Assembly (NCBI GenBank): GCA_963666925.2
Contig: CAXXTC010000006.1
Coordinates: 90,846-114,845, forward strand
Direction: 5' to 3'
DNA: 24,000 bases
Source: Phycisphaerae bacterium
Lineage (GTDB): Bacteria > Planctomycetota > Phycisphaerae > UBA1845 > Fen-1342
Shown: positions 1 through 7,648 of the stretch, piece after piece
Numbering within the stretch: the first letter of the stretch is position 1
Layout of the letters: each line of letters opens with the position of its first letter
Program-made: the position numbers and the translations under genes
The notes under the pieces: generated by a model
Told to the model about the DNA's origin: nothing
Databases searched by the model: none
What the model saw: only the letters and a program-made list of their open reading frames with translations

Positions 1-327
1 CGCAAGATCGACCTCGCCGTCCTCCGTCACGTACCCCTGCACGAGCGCCAGGTAGAGCTTCTCAACTCGTCGCTGGGAAAACTGCCGCACCAGCTCACGC
101 TGCGCCGCCAGCGTCCGTGCATACACCAGCACCCCGCTCGCCCCCAGATCCAGCCGCTGAACAATCCGCAGCGCCCGGTTGTCCGCCAGTTCCGCCCGCC
201 CCCGCAACAGGTCCGCAACCGTCGGCTCACTACCCCGCCCCGGAGCAGACAGAACCCCCGACGGCTTGTTGACCGCTACCAGGGCAGCATCGTGATACAA
301 AATATCCAGTCGTGGGTTACGGGCCAT
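1..327 (-). CDS. RluA-family pseudouridine synthase, N-terminal part (the gene runs off the left edge)
   Basis: Absent from the ORF track because it is truncated by the window edge. Reverse-strand ATG at 325-327. My translation is MARNPRLDILYHDAALVAVNKPSGVLSAPGRG...IVQRLDLGASGVLVYARTLAAQRELVRQFSQRRVEKLYLALVQG. This shows the RluA-type xRLD catalytic-Asp motif followed by SG(V/L)LV(Y/F)A(R/K)T and R.V.K.Y.ALV.G. It starts 8 nt after the cdaA stop, so it is probably co-transcribed. Confidence 0.8.
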   Translation of the reverse strand, partial: MARNPRLDILYHDAALVAVNKPSGVLSAPGRGSEPTVADLLRGRAELADNRALRIVQRLDLGASGVLVYARTLAAQRELVRQFSQRRVEKLYLALVQGYVTEDGEVDLA

Positions 328-335
328 GAATCTCT

Positions 336-2195
336 TTACGGCGTGACGCTGGCACGCGGAGAGAGCTTCACACGCACCGATCGTTGTTCCACTACTACCA
401 CCCCCGGAGGCGCCTCGAACATCACGTCAACCGAACGCAGCAGCGTTTCGTCCGGCTGCGGCAGCGCCGGCGCCAACGCGCTGCGCACATGGGCAAACGC
501 GTAAATATCAACCGGGGCCAGACCTTCAACGATGGACTCCTCCCCTTCCACCTCCACGCTGATGCGCCATTCGTTCAGGTCACTGCGAACCACATCGTAA
601 CGTTCCAGCACGTCCGGACTCACAAACAAATGCACCACCACGTTGTCGATCCGCCGCCGCTGACCAACCAGCCGCACCGTCGTACGCACATCCGCCGGCG
701 TCACCTCCGCCAGCGCCACCCCACCGATGTCCTCAGCCAGCGGCACCCGCGGAAACGTCTCCGGCACTTCCGGCGGCAAACCTTCCAGCCGATCGCCCAG
801 CGGAGCCCGTATCGTACGCTGCCCCTCCGGCGGCAAACGATCGAGATCGTTACGACGGACAACCACCTCCGCATCGGGCGGCTCGATCGACTCGACCGAG
901 ATGCGTGCTGCCCCCCCATCAACCTGTACCGGAATACGCAATGTTACCAATTCGTCAACATTGAACTTCAACTCGTCCATCGCCACGTCGACGACCGTCA
1001 AACCACGCATCGAAACTTCGTTCAGCCCGCTGATAATCGCGGTAATCTCACGCGGGAGCAGCGTGTACGTGCCCCGCCGCGAGTACGCCTCCGGCAAAAT
1101 CCACGTCGCCCGCAACGGCTGCTCCGCCGCATCCAGACGCAAGCGGTCAATTGCACGCACCGGACCCGAGAACGTGCCCGTAAAAACAATCGGCGGCGCC
1201 GGTACACGCACGTCGACAATCTGACGCGGCCCATCGTGACGAACGCTGAGCTGCACCTTCACGCTGGCCTCGGACAACGTCGCCTGGTCAGCCAGATACC
1301 AGATAACCAGCGTCAGCGGCACCACCACCAGCAACCGTCGAACCGTCGCCCACAGCGCCGACCCAAAACGCCGCTGCTCCCCTTCACGCGGCTCGTCAGC
1401 CTGCTGCCCGGTCAGACGCTGGGTCAGCTCCTCACCCAGATCGTCCAGCGAAAGATAGCGCGTCAGCTTGCCGTTGTCCGCCAGCGAAACCACGCCCGTC
1501 TCTTCCGATATCACCAACACCAGCGCATCGGTCTCGTAGCTCATCCCGACCGCCGCCAGATGCCGGCTGCCCAGGGCCGCGTCAATCTCGTCACTCTCTG
1601 CAGCCGGAAACTGGCAATTGGCCGCCAACACACGCTTCCCCCGGATGATCACCCCAAGATCGTGCAGCGGACTGTTCGGGAAGAAAATCGTGTTCAGCAG
1701 ATTGGGCGATACCTCCGCCCGCATGATCGTCCCATTCTCAGCCCAGCCCGTCAGGTCCACCCGCCGTTGAAGCGCAATCAGCGCCCCGTAGCGATTCCGC
1801 GATAAATACCCCGCAGATTTCACCAACGCCGCAACCAGTTGCGACTGCGGCGCCCGGTTCAGACGCAAACGCACGTCACCAATGCGTATAACCGCCCGGC
1901 GCAATTCCGGCTGAAAAACCACCAGCGCGATGAAAGCCAGCCCATAAAGCACGTAGCTGTACAACAGATCCAGCCGCACCCAGCCAAACCGAATGGACAG
2001 CACACGCACCACCATCGTCGCCACGACCAGGATAATCAGCACCCCGCGCAGCGGCCGCGTCCCACGCGTGCCGTGAAGAACCGAAGCGCTCCAGTTCACG
2101 CACAGACCAATCAGCAGCAACTCAACGGCCACCGCCGATATGTCATAGGCGTCGCTGCCCAGGCGATCGAACAGGCTGGGAAGTGTGTCGAACAT
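336..2195 (-). CDS. cdaA: Diadenylate cyclase CdaA (three N-terminal TM helices plus a DAC/DisA_N domain) fused to a C-terminal TM helix and a YbbR/CdaR-like repeat region
   Basis: The DAC core is recognisable: GALIALQRRVDL...TIFFPNSPLHDLGVIIRGKRVLAANCQFP...GSRHLAAVGMSYETDALVLVISEETGVVSLADNG. It is followed by the TM helix FGSALWATVRRLLVVVPLTLVIWYL and about 310 aa of beta-rich repeats of CdaR/YbbR style (VKVQLSV..., LKFNVDELVTLRIPVQV..., TTVRLVGQ..., ISVEVEG..., VRVKLSP). The track ORF starts at 2234. I prefer Met14 (ATG at 2195, MFDTLPSLFDRL), but either start is possible. Confidence 0.85.
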   Translation of the reverse strand: MFDTLPSLFDRLGSDAYDISAVAVELLLIGLCVNWSASVLHGTRGTRPLRGVLIILVVATMVVRVLSIRFGWVRLDLLYSYVLYGLAFIALVVFQPELRRAVIRIGDVRLRLNRAPQSQLVAALVKSAGYLSRNRYGALIALQRRVDLTGWAENGTIMRAEVSPNLLNTIFFPNSPLHDLGVIIRGKRVLAANCQFPAAESDEIDAALGSRHLAAVGMSYETDALVLVISEETGVVSLADNGKLTRYLSLDDLGEELTQRLTGQQADEPREGEQRRFGSALWATVRRLLVVVPLTLVIWYLADQATLSEASVKVQLSVRHDGPRQIVDVRVPAPPIVFTGTFSGPVRAIDRLRLDAAEQPLRATWILPEAYSRRGTYTLLPREITAIISGLNEVSMRGLTVVDVAMDELKFNVDELVTLRIPVQVDGGAARISVESIEPPDAEVVVRRNDLDRLPPEGQRTIRAPLGDRLEGLPPEVPETFPRVPLAEDIGGVALAEVTPADVRTTVRLVGQRRRIDNVVVHLFVSPDVLERYDVVRSDLNEWRISVEVEGEESIVEGLAPVDIYAFAHVRSALAPALPQPDETLLRSVDVMFEAPPGVVVVEQRSVRVKLSPRASVTP

Positions 2196-2283
2196 GCGCA
2201 GCACAGTATAGAATGGTCGCCAGCAGCGCTCCACACGATCGGCAGCGCTAATTCACCCGGCCCCGTACATCCGGATCAAACAC

Positions 2284-3072
2284 ATGCCCGAAAGCGACTG
2301 GCTCCCACGCCTCCACGAGAACGTGGCCCAGGTGCGCCGGCGAATCGCCGACGCCTCCTCGCGGGCGGGCCGCGACCCGCTGTCCGTCCGCATCGTCGGC
2401 GTCACCAAATACGTCGGCTGGCACATCGCCCAGGCCATCCCCGCCGCCGGCATCCCCGACCTCGGTGAAAATCGCGTCCAGCAGCTCGGCGAACGCGTCG
2501 CCCTGGCCGCCCCACCACTGACCGACTGGCCCACCGACGACGCCACCACCGACGCCCACCCTACTGAGCCCCGCCCCCGCTGGCACATGATCGGCCACCT
2601 CCAGCGCAACAAGGTCAAGCAACTGCTGCCCGCCGTTCGCATCATCCACTCGCTCGACTCCCCTCGCCTCGCCGAGACCCTCGAGCACCACGCCGCACAA
2701 TTCGACCTGCCCGTCAACGTCCTCATCGAGGTCAACCTGGCCGGCGAAGCTTCAAAGACCGGCTGCCCCGTCGACGACGTCCACCCCCTAGCCAGGCTGG
2801 CAACCAGCCTCCCCCACCTCCGCCTCCGCGGCCTGATGACCATGGCCCCGTTCGACCCCGACCCCGAGCACGCCCGCCCCTACTTCGCACGTTTACGCAC
2901 GCTACTGGAGCAGCTCCGCACCGCCGACGTCGTCGGCCCGACCTGCACCCACCTCTCCATGGGAATGAGCCAGGACTACGAAGTCGCCGTCGAAGAAGGC
3001 GCCACGCTCGTACGAATCGGGTCGGCCCTGTACGAAAACCTGCCGACCGCCGACCCGCGCACAACCCGATAA
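2284..3072 (+). CDS. yggS: YggS-family pyridoxal-phosphate homeostasis protein (PLPBP)
   Basis: Family motifs are present: VRIVGVTKY (PLP lysine), GENRVQ, WHMIGHLQRNKVK, NVLIEVNLAGEASKTG, LRGLMTMAP, LSMGMSQDYEVAVEEGATLVRIGSALY. It carries a short Pro/Thr/Asp-rich insert (ALAAPPLTDWPTDDATTDAHPTEPRPR) before the WH.IG motif. Confidence 0.9.
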   Translation: MPESDWLPRLHENVAQVRRRIADASSRAGRDPLSVRIVGVTKYVGWHIAQAIPAAGIPDLGENRVQQLGERVALAAPPLTDWPTDDATTDAHPTEPRPRWHMIGHLQRNKVKQLLPAVRIIHSLDSPRLAETLEHHAAQFDLPVNVLIEVNLAGEASKTGCPVDDVHPLARLATSLPHLRLRGLMTMAPFDPDPEHARPYFARLRTLLEQLRTADVVGPTCTHLSMGMSQDYEVAVEEGATLVRIGSALYENLPTADPRTTR

Positions 3073-3175
3073 TCATGCCAAACAGAGCCCCAACGCCGAC
3101 CCGGGTTGCCCCCCCTGTCACGCTCGGGTATAAGCGTTTGTTGCAGGTTTTCTGACCCTCTCAGGTACCCCGTCT

Positions 3176-3619
3176 ATGCCCCTCAAGAGACTCGACGACA
3201 CCGCCCGCGAAATCGTCCAGAAGGCGAACGAAATCGCGCATGACTATGACCTCGAATACGTCGGAACCGAGCACATCCTGCTCGCCATCCTGCAACACGA
3301 AGCCGGCGTCGGCGCCCGTGCCCTCGCCACGCTCGGAGTCGACCACCAGACCGCACGCCAGCGAATCGACGAACTCGTACAACGCGACAAAGAGGAGACC
3401 TGGGTCTTCGGCCGACTCCCTGGCACCCCCCATTACCTCAACGTCATCGAGCGCGCCATGGACGTCGCCCAGCAGCTCGAAGCCCCCCACATCAGCAGCG
3501 AGCACCTCCTCCTGGCCCTCTTCCCCGACAAGGAAAGCACGGCCGCCCGCGCCCTCGCCAGTCTCGGCGTCACCCGCCGCAAATGCCGCGACGCCGTCCT
3601 AAAGCTCCTTTCCGCCTGA
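3176..3619 (+). CDS. Stand-alone Clp_N (Clp repeat/R) domain protein
   Basis: The 147-aa protein contains the two Clp_N half-repeats: YVGTEHILLAILQHEAGVGARALATLGV and HISSEHLLLALFPDKESTAARALASLGV. No AAA+ module follows. Confidence 0.8.
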   Translation: MPLKRLDDTAREIVQKANEIAHDYDLEYVGTEHILLAILQHEAGVGARALATLGVDHQTARQRIDELVQRDKEETWVFGRLPGTPHYLNVIERAMDVAQQLEAPHISSEHLLLALFPDKESTAARALASLGVTRRKCRDAVLKLLSA

Positions 3620-3730
3620 CCCCCCCCAAAAAAACCGATCCCCGTAGCACCGACCGGCCCCCGTCACATTCGAAATGCCGTTCGATGATGCACCAATCCC
3701 AACCCGGATCTGGCAACCAGGTTCTGCTCC

Positions 3731-6178
3731 CTACGGCCTTCCCTCTCCATATTGTTGAATCCGCCCCCTGATCTCATTCGCCAACTCGTTCTTCCCCGCC
3801 GATTCGGCCAGCCGCAACGCCCGCTCCGCCACCGAAACCGCCTCCGAAAACTGCCCCACATCAGCAAACGCCTGCGCCAGATCCTTCAGAACTCCCACAT
3901 CCCCCGGCCTCAGCCGCGCCGCCAACACCAGGTGTTCCAGCCCCCCCACAACATCACCCTGCTGACCCATCACCACTCCCAGCCGGTGCTGCGCCATCGC
4001 ATACCCAGGCTCAATCTGAACCGCAATCGACAACTGCTCGAGCGCCTCATCACGCTTCCCCTGCCGAGCCAGCACCTCACCCAGGCAATAGTGCGCGGTC
4101 GCATCACTCGGATCCATCCGCACCGCCAGCCCGAGTTGCTCGGCCGCTTCCGTCAGTCGCCCTTGTCGCATCAGCAACTCACCCAGGCTGCACCGCGCGC
4201 CGGCGTCCGACGGATCCAGCCGAATCGCCTCCGACAGATGCGCCGCCCCCTCGTCGAACCGCCCCCGCGCACATAGCAGCGCTCCCAGCGTGCTGTGCGC
4301 GTCGGCCAGATCCGGCTTGATCGCCACAGCCGCCTGATAGTGCTCGATCGCCTTATCAAGCCGACCCTGCCGGAAAAGCCACCGAGCCAGATTGCAATGG
4401 GCGCTATGGTTCTCCGGATCAAGACGAATCGCCTCCAACAAATGCGAAACACCCTCTTGCGGCTGCCTTCCGTTGACCAACACGCCGCCCAGGTTGCTAT
4501 GTGCAATGACGCTCTTCGGGTTCAGCTCCAGGGCCTTCTGGTACGCCTCGATCGCGCGTTTCACATCACCGCTACTGTGCAGAAAAGTGTCTCCCGCGCG
4601 CACATACGAAACGTCATCGAGAAACGCCTCACGCATATGCCTGATCGCCGTCGGATCGAGATTGACGAACTCCGGAATGTTCGCCGCCCGGTCGGGCTCC
4701 GTAAAATTCGCCAACAGCACCGCCGGCGTACTACGTCCCTCTTCGTCGATATGAGTCAGAAATAGCTGCGTATACGCCGAGTTGGCCTTCGACGAGAACA
4801 CCAGCCACTTCCCATTCGGCGACCAACTGTGCCACGAGTTCATCCGCGGCGTGTTACAACGCATCCGCCGAGCCTCACCACCCTGAGCCGGCATGATATA
4901 CAACTCGCTGTCCGGCTGAAGCAGCATGTAGCTCTTCGCCTTACAGAATACGATCCACCGGCCGTCCGGCGAAAACTTCGCAAAATAGTTGCTCATCCCG
5001 TTGTTCGACGCGCCTTCCAGCGGCTCAGCCACCCCGCCTCGGCCATCGTTGAACGAAACTCGATACAGGTCGTACAAAAACTGCCGACCCTCGTGCAGAA
5101 ACTCCTCACACTCCTCCTTGGACAACAACACGTGGCCCTCGTCCCGCCGCAGACGGTATGCCGTGCTGCGAGCGAAAACTATCTGCTTCCCATCGGGGCT
5201 CCACGACGGATTGCTCTGGACGTATTGAGGATCGTCCGCCCCCGCCAACGCTGAAAACTCGCCCGTCTCACGCGAGTATGCCGCCAGAATCCCCCGGATC
5301 GGAAAGAAAAGCTGCGAGAACGCCAGGCCCGGCGTCGCCACGAACACCGAGCGATCCTTCACCGTGCTGATCGCGTACCGTCCGTCCGGCGACACCTGCG
5401 AGAGCAGCCCAAACGTGTACTCGCCCTCGACCCGCTGATAATCGCTCCACGTAATAATGTCGCGCGGCGCGAGAACCGTCTCCGCCTTCACCTCCGTAAA
5501 TGCGTACGAACCCTTGTCGTTCGCATAGTCCACATCCATCCCCAGCATGCGTCCATCCGCCGAGAACGAATGACAGTTCCCACAAACCGGCAACCCTTCC
5601 ATCACGATCGGTGGCCGCTCCACCGACGAGACAGAGCCGAGCCGCCAGCGAATCTGCGTCGGATCTGTAACCGCTTCGATAAACGGCAGGTTGACTTCGC
5701 GATAAAAGATCGGCGCTCCGACCTCGTCTTCAGATGTGCTGATCGAAATCTGCGCCCCAGACAAAATCGCCCACGGCTCACACTGGTTAACCCCGAGAAT
5801 GTCCACCCGTGCGGCCTGCCCCTGCGAGCGCCGCTTGATCTCCTCCCACTCAGCAGCCGCCGGCGTCCACTCGTGTTCGTGTGTCACGAAATTCGCCCGG
5901 CCGGCGTCATCAGCGAACTCGATCGTTACCAGCCACGTATCGCTCTCCGCCGCACCATCTTCCCAGCGAAACGTCGGCGGCACGATCTCCGGCGGAAACA
6001 GTGTCTCGTCCAACGGATAGGCGATCGTCAGCCCCCCGTAATCGCCGTCCACGCGATAACCCGCCAGAATCTCGTCCACCTGGCTCGTCCGCCGGCCACA
6101 TCCGCTCGGCAGAACAGCCACCAACCCCAGGGCGGCCGCCCCCACCACTGCGAGCACGAGCTTGCGTCGTTGTTTCAT
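3731..6178 (-). CDS. Secreted (possibly lipoprotein) multidomain protein: N-terminal region with a single CXXCH motif, PD40/TolB-like beta-propeller repeats, and a C-terminal TPR array
   Basis: I prefer the start at Met23 (ATG 6178): MKQRRKLVLAVVGAAALGLVAVLPSGC, a signal peptide with an imperfect lipobox. It has one CGNCH motif (LPVCGNCHSFSADG). PD40-type repeats are WSPDGKQIVFARS, FSPDGRWIVFCKAKS and WSPNGKWLVFSSKANS. The C-terminus has about 8 TPR-like units (AIEAYQKALELNP..., AIEHYQAAVAIKPD..., LSEAIRLDP..., LGLAVRMDP..., LSIAVQIEPG...). Confidence 0.8.
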   Translation of the reverse strand: MKQRRKLVLAVVGAAALGLVAVLPSGCGRRTSQVDEILAGYRVDGDYGGLTIAYPLDETLFPPEIVPPTFRWEDGAAESDTWLVTIEFADDAGRANFVTHEHEWTPAAAEWEEIKRRSQGQAARVDILGVNQCEPWAILSGAQISISTSEDEVGAPIFYREVNLPFIEAVTDPTQIRWRLGSVSSVERPPIVMEGLPVCGNCHSFSADGRMLGMDVDYANDKGSYAFTEVKAETVLAPRDIITWSDYQRVEGEYTFGLLSQVSPDGRYAISTVKDRSVFVATPGLAFSQLFFPIRGILAAYSRETGEFSALAGADDPQYVQSNPSWSPDGKQIVFARSTAYRLRRDEGHVLLSKEECEEFLHEGRQFLYDLYRVSFNDGRGGVAEPLEGASNNGMSNYFAKFSPDGRWIVFCKAKSYMLLQPDSELYIMPAQGGEARRMRCNTPRMNSWHSWSPNGKWLVFSSKANSAYTQLFLTHIDEEGRSTPAVLLANFTEPDRAANIPEFVNLDPTAIRHMREAFLDDVSYVRAGDTFLHSSGDVKRAIEAYQKALELNPKSVIAHSNLGGVLVNGRQPQEGVSHLLEAIRLDPENHSAHCNLARWLFRQGRLDKAIEHYQAAVAIKPDLADAHSTLGALLCARGRFDEGAAHLSEAIRLDPSDAGARCSLGELLMRQGRLTEAAEQLGLAVRMDPSDATAHYCLGEVLARQGKRDEALEQLSIAVQIEPGYAMAQHRLGVVMGQQGDVVGGLEHLVLAARLRPGDVGVLKDLAQAFADVGQFSEAVSVAERALRLAESAGKNELANEIRGRIQQYGEGRP

Positions 6179-6417
6179 CACTGACCTCATCGGCGAGCCA
6201 TCATGACGCGCCTCCGCGGTACCGACTGCCTGGAGCATCTTCAAGAATGGTCCGGCGTGCCACTGTTCTTGAGCCGCGGGGTTTCACGTATCATCGCTCA
6301 GGCTTGACGACGCACAGTAAATGACCGCTCTGGAGCGCTTTCGATCACGGCAAGAGGCCGCCCGGCGAAGCCAGCGAACTCGCCCACCACGGGCCCACCC
6401 CAGAACCTGCCGCAGCG

Positions 6418-6837
6418 CTACTCCCCGATGATCTTCACCAGCACCCGCTTGCGGCGCCGGCCGTCAAACTCCCCGTAGAAAATCTGCTCCCACGGGCCAA
6501 AGTCCAACGCACCATCCGTGATCGCCACCACCACTTCGCGACCCATCACCTGCCGTTTCAGATGCGCGTCGCCGTTGTCCTCACCGGTCAGGTTGTGCCG
6601 ATACGCCGACACCGGCTCATGCGGGGCAAGCTGCTCCAGCCAACGCTCATAATCCTGGTGCAATCCACCTTCGTTGTCGTTGATGAACACGCTCGCGGTG
6701 ATGTGCATCGCGTTCACCAGGCACAACCCTTCGCTCACGCCGCTGGCCCGGACGACCTGCTCTACGTCCGGCGTGATGTTCACAAACGCTCGGCGCGTAG
6801 GCACCTCGAACCACAATTCCTGGCGATGCGACTTCAT
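6418..6837 (-). CDS. yjbQ: YjbQ/UPF0047 family protein (secondary thiamine-phosphate synthase type)
   Basis: I prefer Met22 (ATG 6837). [29 protein letters not shown]...[20 protein letters not shown]...[51 protein letters not shown] matches the YjbQ fold signature (H.TA.., ..AH.K.., G.L.LG.WQ.I...E.DG.R.R.V). Confidence 0.85.
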   Translation of the reverse strand: MKSHRQELWFEVPTRRAFVNITPDVEQVVRASGVSEGLCLVNAMHITASVFINDNEGGLHQDYERWLEQLAPHEPVSAYRHNLTGEDNGDAHLKRQVMGREVVVAITDGALDFGPWEQIFYGEFDGRRRKRVLVKIIGE

Positions 6838-6944
6838 AAACTCACTCCCACAACCCAACGTCGATGGCGCGCGCCCCCGGCCGCCCCCACACCTCCACAC
6901 GCACGCCCGACACGCGACCCCGAACGCGCAAGCGGCCGCAACCG

Positions 6945-7610
6945 CTACTCGGGGTCGCTCACCTCGGCCGGCTCCTGCTTCGTCGCGCTCGCCTCCTCGA
7001 TCTGTTCACCTTCGTCGCCGTCCAGCTCAGCCTCAGCCTCGACGTCAACGTCAACGTCGACGTCCTCGACATCGATATCATCGTCGGGCAGCTCGTCGAA
7101 CGCACCCTTGATCGGTGCCACCACCATCACCATCAGGCGGCCATCTATGCTCGGCCGACGCTCAACCTTCACACGTTCCGCCAGCTCGTCGACAATCGAC
7201 TGGAACGTAGCGAAGCCAATCTCCCGGTGCGACCGCTCCCGGCCGCGGAAGATCATCGTGAACTGAACCTTGTGACCCTTCTTCAGGAACCTCACCGCCC
7301 GCGCGTATTTGATCTGCCTATCGTGAGTGTCCGTCTTCGGCCGCAGGCGAACTTCCTTGATCTGCTGCTCGTGGCTCTTCTTCGAGTTCTTCTTCTGTAG
7401 GTACTTCCATTTGCCGTAGTTCATCAGCCGGCAAACGGGCGGGCGCACGTTCGGCGCCACCTCGACCAGGTCCAACCCCTGCTCCCGAGCCATGTGCATC
7501 GCTTCCGTGTTGCTGATTATGCCGAGCTGTTCGTTCTCTGCACCGATAAGCCGTACCGGCGAAACACGAATCTGCTCGTTGCAACGCAAGTTCTCTTTGA
7601 TGGACGTCAC
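6945..7610 (-). CDS. infC: Translation initiation factor IF-3 with an acidic C-terminal extension of about 50 aa
   Basis: [57 protein letters not shown]...[13 protein letters not shown]...[15 protein letters not shown]... is typical IF-3. It lies directly downstream of thrS. The track start at 7610 is a GTG codon. The tail is [35 protein letters not shown].... Confidence 0.9.
   Translation of the reverse strand: MTSIKENLRCNEQIRVSPVRLIGAENEQLGIISNTEAMHMAREQGLDLVEVAPNVRPPVCRLMNYGKWKYLQKKNSKKSHEQQIKEVRLRPKTDTHDRQIKYARAVRFLKKGHKVQFTMIFRGRERSHREIGFATFQSIVDELAERVKVERRPSIDGRLMVMVVAPIKGAFDELPDDDIDVEDVDVDVDVEAEAELDGDEGEQIEEASATKQEPAEVSDPE
7041..7064. repeat. Tandem hexamer RACGTC x4 (gacgtc aacgtc aacgtc gacgtc) inside the infC tail coding region
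   Basis: Read directly from the sequence. It encodes the (Asp-Val)n stretch of the IF-3 acidic tail on the minus strand. Related units ctcgac and atcgat flank it. Confidence 0.7.
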
Positions 7611-7648
7611 CAGCCTTTCTCTTCAGGACGACTCTCCGGTCGACCCTT

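Noticed and set aside
384-1805. A 473-aa plus-strand ORF, and similar long ORFs at 7694..9847 (+), 10882..13059 (+), 13857..14699 (+), 14384..15511 (+), 16459..17604 (-) and 17993..19036 (-)
   Set aside because: All lie antisense or out of frame to genes with clear family motifs. Their translations are Arg/Pro/His/Gln-rich low-complexity strings typical of shadow frames in high-GC DNA.
3620-3634. A C8A7 homopolymer pair immediately after the Clp_N gene stop
   Set aside because: It is non-coding, lies between convergent genes, and has no associated hairpin. I noted it only as a potentially slippage-prone or error-prone site.
7021-7080. A short periodic repeat that could be mistaken for a CRISPR-like or satellite array
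   Set aside because: The units are 6 nt, contiguous, without spacers, and in frame within infC. It is a coding microsatellite for the acidic tail.
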